Shown here one piece after another: positions 56,286-64,000 of a stretch of DNA of 64,000 bases. Each line of letters opens with the position of its first letter. The stretch's first letter is position 1. The notes beneath the pieces are model-generated. The model was not told the origin of the DNA, ran no database searches, and saw nothing but the letters and a program-made list of their open reading frames with translations. This stretch comes from Candidatus Latescibacterota bacterium (GTDB lineage Bacteria > Latescibacterota > UBA2968 > UBA8231): NCBI GenBank assembly GCA_965204725.1, contig OZ242005.1, positions 1,280,001 through 1,344,000 of the forward strand. Reading direction: 5' to 3'. Position numbers and translations under genes: made by a program.

Positions 56286-57008
56286 TTGCGAGTGCTTTGT
56301 ACCTGCCTATTGATCTTGGTCGCGTCCGGCTGTGGGCGCTACTTCCCGGGGCCTCTCCAGCCCCGACCTCGGGCCGAGCAGGGCGAACACATGGTGGTCC
56401 ACGATGACGGATCCGTCGCCTATGTCTTTGAGCGGCTCGACATCGCACTCCGACCGATGACGGACGCGGAGCTCAACCGTAGTTTTGCCACGAAGTCGGA
56501 CGCCGGAGCGCAGTCCACCAACCCCTTCACCTTCGGTGATTGGACCCCCCCCGGAGAGTCGTTTACACCCCAGCGATTTACCGTATTCCTGCTTCGGGTT
56601 AAAAACTATGCGTATCCGAAGGTCAAGATCGATCCGGCGCGGATCGAGTTGCAATCCTCCAGTGCGCGTTTGTACAAGCCCCTGACCTTTCTCGAAATCA
56701 GCGAGTACTACCGAGCGTATGCGTTGGCTTGGGCCGGAAACTACTATGCGCGCATGCGCGAGCGCGAGGATCTGCTGCGTCTCCATCTATATGCCGACAA
56801 GATGATCTTCAGTGGCCAAGAGTACGAAGGCTTTATCGTATTTCCGCCCATGCCCCCGGACGTGACCGAGTTGTCCATTCGAGTCAGCGACGTCGCGGTT
56901 CGTTTCGACTACGCTGACGTGCCGGTGGAGACCCTCGATCTGACCTACGGATTCCAACGCGACGTCTTTAGGGGCTACCAGCCACCCGCCGCCGTTTCGG
57001 CCCGCTGA
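56286..57008 (+). CDS. Lipoprotein of unknown function
   Basis: LVASGC lipobox; NPFTFG, FTVFLLRVKNY, GFIVFP. TTG start. Confidence 0.75.
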   Translation: MRVLCTCLLILVASGCGRYFPGPLQPRPRAEQGEHMVVHDDGSVAYVFERLDIALRPMTDAELNRSFATKSDAGAQSTNPFTFGDWTPPGESFTPQRFTVFLLRVKNYAYPKVKIDPARIELQSSSARLYKPLTFLEISEYYRAYALAWAGNYYARMREREDLLRLHLYADKMIFSGQEYEGFIVFPPMPPDVTELSIRVSDVAVRFDYADVPVETLDLTYGFQRDVFRGYQPPAAVSAR

Positions 57009-57009
57009 C

Positions 57010-58878
57010 GTGCCCCGCACAGCCAAACGCGCACTGGTTCTGACGTTCCTCCTGAGCATTGATGCGGGCGGCCAGATCGAGACCGTGCGCATTGGGCAGG
57101 GTGGCGACCCTTGGCAGAGCATGGAGCTAGTGGCTGCGGGGGCGCAGGTCACGGCCGACTCGCTGCTACCGGCCGGCTTCACGGCCGATGAAAACATTGT
57201 TGCCGCCGTGCGCTGGACGGATGTCGGAACAGGCCCGGACGAGTTCATCCCCGAGGGCGGAGGCCGGGTGTGGGCGCGCGTTGCCGACGGTCAGCCCAAT
57301 GGCGTTCTCGTTGATGGCAATCCCAACACATCCACTGGGGAGCGATTTCAGATTCCCGGCCAGTCTCAGGACGGTCGGATCTTCGTCTTCGATTTGGGAG
57401 CCTCGTTTCCGGTCGAACGAATAGCCTTCTACCCCAACCCAGCCGATAGCACCGCCTTCCTGCGAGCCTACGAAGTTAAGGCGAGCGACGGGCGCTCTTT
57501 TGGCACGGGCGAGCGGCCGATCTACGAGACCCTAGCCCGGGTCGAGATTTCCAACAAGGTTCGGACGGAGGCCGAGTTTCCACGACAACTCGTCCGCTAT
57601 ATCCGCTTGGAAACGCTCGAACCGAATCCCTTTGACATCGCCGAGATCGAGGTGTTTGGCCGGGGGTTTGTCCCCCGTGCTCAGTACGTCTCCGACTTCA
57701 TTCGCTTCGATGGCGGCGGGCGTAACTTTGGTCGCCTGACGGTCCACGCGACCCGCGTGTCCAACGAGCCTGCCGTAGCTTCGGCCGACCCAGTGCAGGC
57801 GGTGCTCCAAGTGCGAGCGGGCAACGACACTTCGCCGGAGTCCTACTTTCAGATCGATCTCGAAACCGGCAGTGAGACCGAGATCTCGGAGGAGGCGTAC
57901 CAAAACCTCATCGACCGCGAGCGCACGGCGCGATACGATGCCGCAAACTGGAGTGCGTGGTCCAATCCGGTGGTGATCGATTCGACCGGCTCCTACGAGA
58001 TCAGTCTCGATTTTCTGCCGATGCCGCGGCCCTTCTTCCAGTTCCGATTTTTCTTTGAGGGCACTGCGACCGACGTGATTCGGATCGATGCTTTGGAGTT
58101 CACCCACTCGGCCCCCCTCGCTCAAGGGACGCGAGCCGAGGTCGCCCTCGTCGGCGATCCCTTTCCGCAGACCGGCGTGGCCACCGTCGCGACTGGGCAG
58201 CCCGCGACCTTTGAGTACGCCTTGGCGGCGGAGTTGTCGGGCGACGAGGGGTTCGATGGTTTGCGGATCGCAACGCTGGGCACGGCTCAGTTGGAGTCGG
58301 TGTCAATCGGCGACGACCGCACACAAGTGGTCGTCGATAGCGTCGCGTACGACGACCGCGGCCTGTCGTTCTTCTTCCCGAGCCGCCCAATCACGGCCGC
58401 GAGCAACGCTACGCTCTTTGTGCGGTTTACAGCAACGCCCCTGCGATACACGACCCTGTTCCAAGGTTGGCTCCTCAGTTCAGCGGGGGCGGTTCCGCAG
58501 CGGGTTGCTCCCGGCGATGCCACCAACCTGCTCAGCACGAATTCCGTCGTGGTCTTTGGTTCGCTTGGCGATCCCCTGAGCCGATTCAATCTGGGGGCTG
58601 GGGTCGTGACGCCGAATGGGGATGGCCGGAACGACGACTTGGTGCTGCAGTACGACCTCGTATTCCTCATCGAACCAGCGCGAGTGGGCATTACCGTTCA
58701 CGATCTATCGGGTCGGCTCGTTCACACCTTTCTGCAAGCGGAGCAGGCGGCCGGCAGCTACCTAGCCAGATGGAGCGAGGCCCACAAGCTGCGGCCGGGG
58801 CACTACATCGTCCGCCTGCACGTCGAAACGCAGGCCGAAGCGTTTGAACGCCTCCGACTCGTGGCGGTGTCCTACTAA
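57010..58878 (+). CDS. Secreted FlgD-Ig/CHU_C-CTD protein (paralog 4, subtype B)
   Basis: VRIGQGG; VFDLG; IAEIEVFGRG; WSAWS; VTPNGDGRND; ends VAVSY. Confidence 0.85.
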   Translation: MPRTAKRALVLTFLLSIDAGGQIETVRIGQGGDPWQSMELVAAGAQVTADSLLPAGFTADENIVAAVRWTDVGTGPDEFIPEGGGRVWARVADGQPNGVLVDGNPNTSTGERFQIPGQSQDGRIFVFDLGASFPVERIAFYPNPADSTAFLRAYEVKASDGRSFGTGERPIYETLARVEISNKVRTEAEFPRQLVRYIRLETLEPNPFDIAEIEVFGRGFVPRAQYVSDFIRFDGGGRNFGRLTVHATRVSNEPAVASADPVQAVLQVRAGNDTSPESYFQIDLETGSETEISEEAYQNLIDRERTARYDAANWSAWSNPVVIDSTGSYEISLDFLPMPRPFFQFRFFFEGTATDVIRIDALEFTHSAPLAQGTRAEVALVGDPFPQTGVATVATGQPATFEYALAAELSGDEGFDGLRIATLGTAQLESVSIGDDRTQVVVDSVAYDDRGLSFFFPSRPITAASNATLFVRFTATPLRYTTLFQGWLLSSAGAVPQRVAPGDATNLLSTNSVVVFGSLGDPLSRFNLGAGVVTPNGDGRNDDLVLQYDLVFLIEPARVGITVHDLSGRLVHTFLQAEQAAGSYLARWSEAHKLRPGHYIVRLHVETQAEAFERLRLVAVSY

Positions 58879-58903
58879 GAGCAGGCAAGGGGAGGGGAAA
58901 ACT

Positions 58904-60973
58904 ATGCACACGCGCACCATGCTCACCGCAACGTTTCTGCTGGTCGCAACCGCTGTTGCGGCCTACGGTCAGCGCCGCGTCGTGCAGATCGGCGGGGCTG
59001 GGGGGGATTTCTCGTGGTCTGAGGTGCGCCAAGAGGCCGTCGCCCTCGATGACACCACCGCGCCGGGCGCGTTGCAGCCCAGAGAGCTGCGGCCGTGGGA
59101 GAACATCATGGTCGGACCCGGGCTATTCGCCAACATATTCGGCTTGTCTTGGGCAGAGGGACAGACCACTGGCCGGGCCTTTGGTTTCGCGGCCGGCGTT
59201 GACCCGCGATTTTGGCACGGTGGGTTCAGCCGCGAGGAGGCCGTGATCATCGATGGCGATCCCGAGACGGCGATCTCGTTGCGTCAGCTCATCGGCGAGG
59301 GGCCGGTGGAAGTATTCAACCAAGTTCTGCGCCTGCAGGAAGAGGTTTGGACCTTTGATTTGGTCTTGGAGACGCCGATCAACCGAATTTTGTTCTTCCC
59401 TCGGCAATCGGGGGTTGATAAGCGCGGCATCCCCAACAAGCAGGGATCGCCGCGGGCCTATCGTCTTTCAATACAGAACGAGGCCGAGGATTTTCTGCTC
59501 GAAGGCTCGGAGCCGATTCCCAAGCGGACGCTGGCCACCGTCATCGAGGAAACCAAGTCCAACACGAAAAGCCAAGTCGATGTCAGCTTTCCGGTGCAGC
59601 CGGCCCGGTTCATCCGTCTCGATCTGAGTTTGGCGGACCAGTTTTACAGCATGGCCGAGTTCCAAGTCTATGGCGAGGGTGTCCCGACGAAGGTCCGCTA
59701 CGTTTCCACCGCCATTCCACTCGGCGAGCCGGTCAACTTCGGCGAGATTACCTATTCCTTCCGCTCGCTTCGACGCGGCCGGGAAGCGGACGCGCTCATC
59801 GACGACCCCGAGGGTGCTGCCCGGCTGCTCCTCGAAGTGCGTTCCGGCACCGACGACACGTCCCTCGCTTACTACATCGTAGATGACTTCGGGCGCGACA
59901 AGGAAGTGACCCAGACGGAATGGCAGCGCGCCTCCCTGCCCCGGCGGGAGAGTCTCGCCGTCCGCTATCCCAATCAGCGCAGCGTCGTCCTCGACGACGA
60001 GACCAACTGGTCGCCGTGGTCTTCGCCCTATCGCTCATCCGGTCAGTTGAACCGAGCCCCGGATGGGCGACCGTATTTGCAGTTTCGGGCGACGTTCCTG
60101 ACCGACGATGTGCTGTCCATCGGTCGTCTCGACTCGCTCCAGTTCGAGGTCTCGCCCTTGCTCGCCGCGTCGCTTTTCGGCGAGGTCTCCCTCGCGGATG
60201 CGGCCCCGACCGCCTTGACGACCGAGGCGCAGCCGGCCGAATTCCCCATTGGAGAGCGCCGTCGGCTCCACTTCGACATTGCGGCCGACTTCGCCCGCGA
60301 TTCACAGGGGTTTGATGCGGTGCGGTTGACCGTCCCTTTTGGCACTCGCTTTGAGGGGCTGCGGATGGGCGATGCCGATCTCGTCTCGGTAGTGCCCGAC
60401 AGCGTGTGGCCCGGGGACGGAATTGCCCGCGATGGCGAGCTTTTCATCTCCTTTGCCACCAACCGGGTGTCGCCCAGCCATGATCGCCCTGTCCGCATCG
60501 ATCTCGAATCCTCCCTGTTTACCTCTTCCACGATCTTCGCCGGCGAGGTCATTGACTCGGCCAGCGACAACCTGCCCCAGTCGGTGAACGGGGGAAATGC
60601 GAGGGATGATGTCGCCACGAACAGTTTGCAGGTCTTCTCGGGCGATGCGAGGACGACTGTTCTCGATGGGGTCCGCCTCGCGCCGGCGGTTCTGACGCCG
60701 AATGGAGACCGGGTGAACGACGAAATCCGCGTTGAGTTCAGCGTCCTCTTCGTGGATGAAGCCGCGGTGACCGTGACGATCTACGATGTGGCCGGACGCT
60801 ATGTTGCGGTGCTGCCGGCTGAGAACCGGGGCCGATCGGCCCAGCAGGTAGCTTGGGACGGGCGCGACGACGACCGCAACTTGGTTCCTCCGGGCCTGTA
60901 TCTGCTGCAGATCGAAGTGGATACCCAAAGGGAGACCGCACGACGATTGCTGACAGTGCCCGTCGTCTATTAA
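58904..60973 (+). CDS. Secreted FlgD-Ig/CHU_C-CTD protein (paralog 5, subtype B)
   Basis: Signal peptide; VQIGGAGG; AEFQVYGEG; WSPWSSPY; LTPNGDRVND; WDGRD; ends VPVVY. Confidence 0.85.
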   Translation: MHTRTMLTATFLLVATAVAAYGQRRVVQIGGAGGDFSWSEVRQEAVALDDTTAPGALQPRELRPWENIMVGPGLFANIFGLSWAEGQTTGRAFGFAAGVDPRFWHGGFSREEAVIIDGDPETAISLRQLIGEGPVEVFNQVLRLQEEVWTFDLVLETPINRILFFPRQSGVDKRGIPNKQGSPRAYRLSIQNEAEDFLLEGSEPIPKRTLATVIEETKSNTKSQVDVSFPVQPARFIRLDLSLADQFYSMAEFQVYGEGVPTKVRYVSTAIPLGEPVNFGEITYSFRSLRRGREADALIDDPEGAARLLLEVRSGTDDTSLAYYIVDDFGRDKEVTQTEWQRASLPRRESLAVRYPNQRSVVLDDETNWSPWSSPYRSSGQLNRAPDGRPYLQFRATFLTDDVLSIGRLDSLQFEVSPLLAASLFGEVSLADAAPTALTTEAQPAEFPIGERRRLHFDIAADFARDSQGFDAVRLTVPFGTRFEGLRMGDADLVSVVPDSVWPGDGIARDGELFISFATNRVSPSHDRPVRIDLESSLFTSSTIFAGEVIDSASDNLPQSVNGGNARDDVATNSLQVFSGDARTTVLDGVRLAPAVLTPNGDRVNDEIRVEFSVLFVDEAAVTVTIYDVAGRYVAVLPAENRGRSAQQVAWDGRDDDRNLVPPGLYLLQIEVDTQRETARRLLTVPVVY

Positions 60974-60977
60974 GGAA

Positions 60978-63323
60978 ATGACTATGAAAACAACAAGCCG
61001 CATCGCCTTGGCCGCGTGGCTGCTGTCTGGGTACGCGGGGGCCGATGAGTTGCGCTTTGAGCGTCTCAGCGACTGGCGGGAGTGGACGAGCCCGACGGGG
61101 GCCATTCAGTTGCGGCAAGACGGGAAAGTCGAGCTGGGGTGGTACGGAACGGACACCGACCCGATGGATGACATGACCCAGTTCTCGCACCCCACCCGAA
61201 AAAGCGGCGAAGTCTTTGGGGGTCTGACGGCCCAGTCGAACGACCGCGAGGCCCGGTTTCTCGCCGATAACGACCGCGACACGTGGTGGCAGCCCGACGC
61301 CGGGGCCGATCCCAACAATGCTTGGATACACATTGACCTAGGCCGCGTCGTCTTGCTCAAGGAGATTCGCTTGGTCTTTCCAGACACGCTCGGCCTGCGT
61401 CCCTTCCGCGATTTCTCGGTTTTTGTCAGCGAAGGTTCGACCGTGTCTTCGTCGGCCGATGTCTGGCGATTTCAGCGCGTCTTTACGACCACCGAGCCCA
61501 ACGAGTTGGGCGAGATCGTCATTCCCTTGTCGATTGAAGATTTCGGCACCATTGCGACCGGCGAGAATCTGGTCCGGGGCAAGTTGCTAGACTTCATGCC
61601 CGTCCACTACGTCCGCTTCCTGCCCCACGAGGCCGGAGAAGGCGCGGCGCTGGCCGAGATCGAGTTGACTGCGGTCGGCGATAATATCGCGTTGACGACC
61701 TTTGAACGAGGGGGGACTATTCGCTCGGGGCTGAAAAAAGTGGAAGAAATCCGCGATGGAACCGTGGACAATGCTTGGCCGGTAATTTCAAATACCCTCA
61801 ATCGCTTCTGGCAGGACGGCGGGATGTGGTTTGAGTGGGACTTGGGGGCCCTCTTCCACGTCAGCCGGATCGTGTTCTACCAGTGGCCGCCCGATCAGCT
61901 CGGGCGCACGACATTCGGAATCGGCGGAACCAACACCGGCTACAACTTGGAGATGACAGACGGGACGCCGATCGCCCGGGACGACCCATTCCGCAGCCCA
62001 TTCGACTACACGCGCGTTTCGCTGGTTGACAACAGCCGAGCACCGGGACGCTACGTCTTTGACCATCAGTTAGAGGACCGAGTCGGCCGCTATCTGTTCT
62101 GGAACCACCGGGACATCGAGGACCGAAGAGTTGGATATATCATGCTGGAGGTATTCATCTATTCGGCGGGCTACCCGGCCCAAGCGGCCTTGACCTCCGA
62201 CTTCATCGATCTCGGGGGGGCCAAGAGCATCACGGGGGTCTCGTGGGACGCCGACACCCCGCCGGGGACCCGAATCACCGTGCAGACGCGCACGGGCAAT
62301 GAACTCGACGCGGATCAGTTCTTCTTCAAGAAAAACGGAGAGCAGATCACCGAGGCGCAGTACAACAAGCTACCCAAAGTGGTCCGGGGCGAAATCGTCG
62401 AAGTGCCCAAGGAGGGGGCGGACTGGAGCGGTTGGAGTGAGCCGCACCTTGCGTCGGGCCAGCCCTTTCGGTCGCCCACCCCTAGACAACTGTTGCGAAT
62501 GCGGGTGAGTTTAGAGACCGACGATCCCAACATCACGCCGGTCCTCAACTCGGTGACGCTGCACTTTGACGAAGCCTTGGTGCAAAAAGGCGTTGAGGCC
62601 GCGATTTATCCACGGGAGGCGACCGCTGGCGAGTGGCAGGACTTTCGCTACGTGCTGCAACCGACCTTTACGGCCAGAGACCGAGGCTTCGATCGCGTGC
62701 TGCTGCCCGTGCCGGGGGCCGTGCGGAACGTGTCGTTGCGCGTCAATGGCGCGGCGGTCGAGGGCGCGGTCGAATCGACCGTAGATACGCTCGTCATCGC
62801 CATGCCCCGGCGCGTACTGCGGGACTCAGTGGAGGTAATGTTCACGGCGCGCCCCCTGAACAACCCCACTCGCTTCCTCGCCGCCGTGGCGAACTCGGCG
62901 CAACCGGATAACCTGCAAGAGGTGCGGCCGCCCGATGTCGATGACGATGGCGATGGCCAGTTCGATCGCACGGACCGGGAGGCCCTCTTCGTCTTTTTAC
63001 CCAACACAGCTACCGGCAGTACTATCCGCAACCTCGTGGTATCGAGCCGCGTCATCACGCCCAACGGCGACGCGGTCAACGACGACTTGCGCGTTACCTT
63101 CGATCTATTTCGCACCAAAGTTGCCGCTGAGCTGCGGCTCTACAACGTAGCGGGGCGTTTGCTCCGGGTCGTCTCCGGCCAAGCGGGGGAGACGCAGCAA
63201 CTCGTGTGGGATGGCATGGTCAACGATCAGCCGGCGGAACCGGGAATCTACATCTGCCGCGTAGCGGTGCCGGCCGACGCCGGGCTGGCTACCGAAGTCC
63301 TGCTGGTGAGTGTAGCCTACTAG
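60978..63323 (+). CDS. Secreted FlgD-Ig/CHU_C-CTD protein (paralog 6, subtype A)
   Basis: AGA-DELRFERLSDWREW; HIDLGR; QTRTGNE; SPTPRQLL; ITPNGDAVND; ends VSVAY. Confidence 0.85.
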   Translation: MTMKTTSRIALAAWLLSGYAGADELRFERLSDWREWTSPTGAIQLRQDGKVELGWYGTDTDPMDDMTQFSHPTRKSGEVFGGLTAQSNDREARFLADNDRDTWWQPDAGADPNNAWIHIDLGRVVLLKEIRLVFPDTLGLRPFRDFSVFVSEGSTVSSSADVWRFQRVFTTTEPNELGEIVIPLSIEDFGTIATGENLVRGKLLDFMPVHYVRFLPHEAGEGAALAEIELTAVGDNIALTTFERGGTIRSGLKKVEEIRDGTVDNAWPVISNTLNRFWQDGGMWFEWDLGALFHVSRIVFYQWPPDQLGRTTFGIGGTNTGYNLEMTDGTPIARDDPFRSPFDYTRVSLVDNSRAPGRYVFDHQLEDRVGRYLFWNHRDIEDRRVGYIMLEVFIYSAGYPAQAALTSDFIDLGGAKSITGVSWDADTPPGTRITVQTRTGNELDADQFFFKKNGEQITEAQYNKLPKVVRGEIVEVPKEGADWSGWSEPHLASGQPFRSPTPRQLLRMRVSLETDDPNITPVLNSVTLHFDEALVQKGVEAAIYPREATAGEWQDFRYVLQPTFTARDRGFDRVLLPVPGAVRNVSLRVNGAAVEGAVESTVDTLVIAMPRRVLRDSVEVMFTARPLNNPTRFLAAVANSAQPDNLQEVRPPDVDDDGDGQFDRTDREALFVFLPNTATGSTIRNLVVSSRVITPNGDAVNDDLRVTFDLFRTKVAAELRLYNVAGRLLRVVSGQAGETQQLVWDGMVNDQPAEPGIYICRVAVPADAGLATEVLLVSVAY

Positions 63324-63377
63324 GAAGGGTGATCCAATGACGACACGTGGTGACAAACTAACGCGGGAGAGCTGGAC

Positions 63378-64000
63378 ATGAAGCGCAACCGGGTCGGCTC
63401 CATCCTAGCCGTCCTGCTCCTACAGGTGACGCCAAGCGGAGCAGTCGAAGTCGGTCTGTTCAATCCCTACATCACGGAAGGGGCCCGAATCAGCCCTGAG
63501 ACTTTGATTCCAACGTTGCGGAAGTGGTATCTGCCCCAAGCACTCTACTCACTATACGGGTGGCAGGGGAGCGCGTACACCAACTACGCGCGGGACCAGT
63601 ACCGGCGCTACGTGCGAACCGAGCTCGAAGGCGACCGCTACTACGACCTCTACGGCAATTACTTCACGAAGGGCTGGAACATCTACAACTTCACGAATGA
63701 GTACCCGCGGGATTTCGGGAGCGGAATCTGGAAAGACCCCAATTTTAGCCAGTGGTTCAATCGCCTCATCGTGGTCTCTGGGGCCAAGGGGCAGTTCCAC
63801 ACCTCCCTGACCATTGGCGAGGGCATTCGCACCACGATGACGCCGCTCACCTTTTCCAAGCCGCTTTTCGACGGTTTGCAGTGGGACTTTCAGACCGATA
63901 AGTACGGAGTAAGCGTCTTGGCGGCGCGGGCCGATTCGCCCGGGCGCGTGGCCGTTGCGGTCGATCAAGGACCGGCGCGGCAAACGACCTTCACCCAGTT
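63378..64000 (+). CDS. Exported Tyr/Trp-rich protein (partial, runs off right edge); candidate outer-membrane component
   Basis: Not in ORF track. Open from ATG 63378: MKRNRVGSILAVLLLQVTPSGA-VEV...RKWYLPQ...YTNYARDQYRRY...YYDLYGNYFTKGWNIY...TTMTPLTFSKPLFDGLQWDF. Confidence 0.8.
   Translation, partial: MKRNRVGSILAVLLLQVTPSGAVEVGLFNPYITEGARISPETLIPTLRKWYLPQALYSLYGWQGSAYTNYARDQYRRYVRTELEGDRYYDLYGNYFTKGWNIYNFTNEYPRDFGSGIWKDPNFSQWFNRLIVVSGAKGQFHTSLTIGEGIRTTMTPLTFSKPLFDGLQWDFQTDKYGVSVLAARADSPGRVAVAVDQGPARQTTFTQ

Noticed and set aside
19538-63323. Flagellar hook-cap (flgD) genes
   Set aside because: Only the C-terminal Ig-like domain resembles FlgD; the proteins have Sec-type signal peptides and no flagellar genes are nearby.
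63337-63381. 14-aa ORF MTTRGDKLTRESWT bridging paralog 6 and 63378
   Set aside because: Could aid translational coupling, but such short ORFs arise by chance and there is no other evidence.
1-64000. tRNA, rRNA, IS transposase or prophage genes
   Set aside because: None recognised by eye; tRNAscan/Infernal were not run, so small ncRNAs could be missed.

Overview
High-GC bacterial window with about 53 genes and no rRNA, tRNA, CRISPR array or transposase that I can see. The gene content (sulfatases, PhyH, Gfo/Idh/MocA, DUF6785, ASPIC/UnbV plus TPR, FlgD-Ig/CHU_C-type C-terminal domains) suggests an FCB-group organism such as Latescibacterota or Gemmatimonadota; this is inference. There are three layers. 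(1) Sugar and sulfate-ester catabolism and ABC transport. (2) Defence cargo: two orphan DNA methyltransferases, a type III R-M system with TA cargo between mod and res, and at least four intact antitoxin-type genes sitting beside 10-33-codon relics of their deleted toxin partners. (3) The best candidate for an undescribed system: six paralogous secreted 620-880 aa proteins of two subtypes, all ending in a [TS]PNGDxxND / FlgD-Ig-like domain and a terminal V-x-[VL]-x-Y. Three of them lie in an operon (55288 to >64000) with a CBM9-like protein carrying a different C-terminal motif (TSVxxxSWGxxK), a lipoprotein and a large aromatic-rich exported protein. That operon is divergent from an ASPIC/UnbV-TPR-sugar ABC operon. 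Family assignments come from motif recognition by eye; no searches were run.
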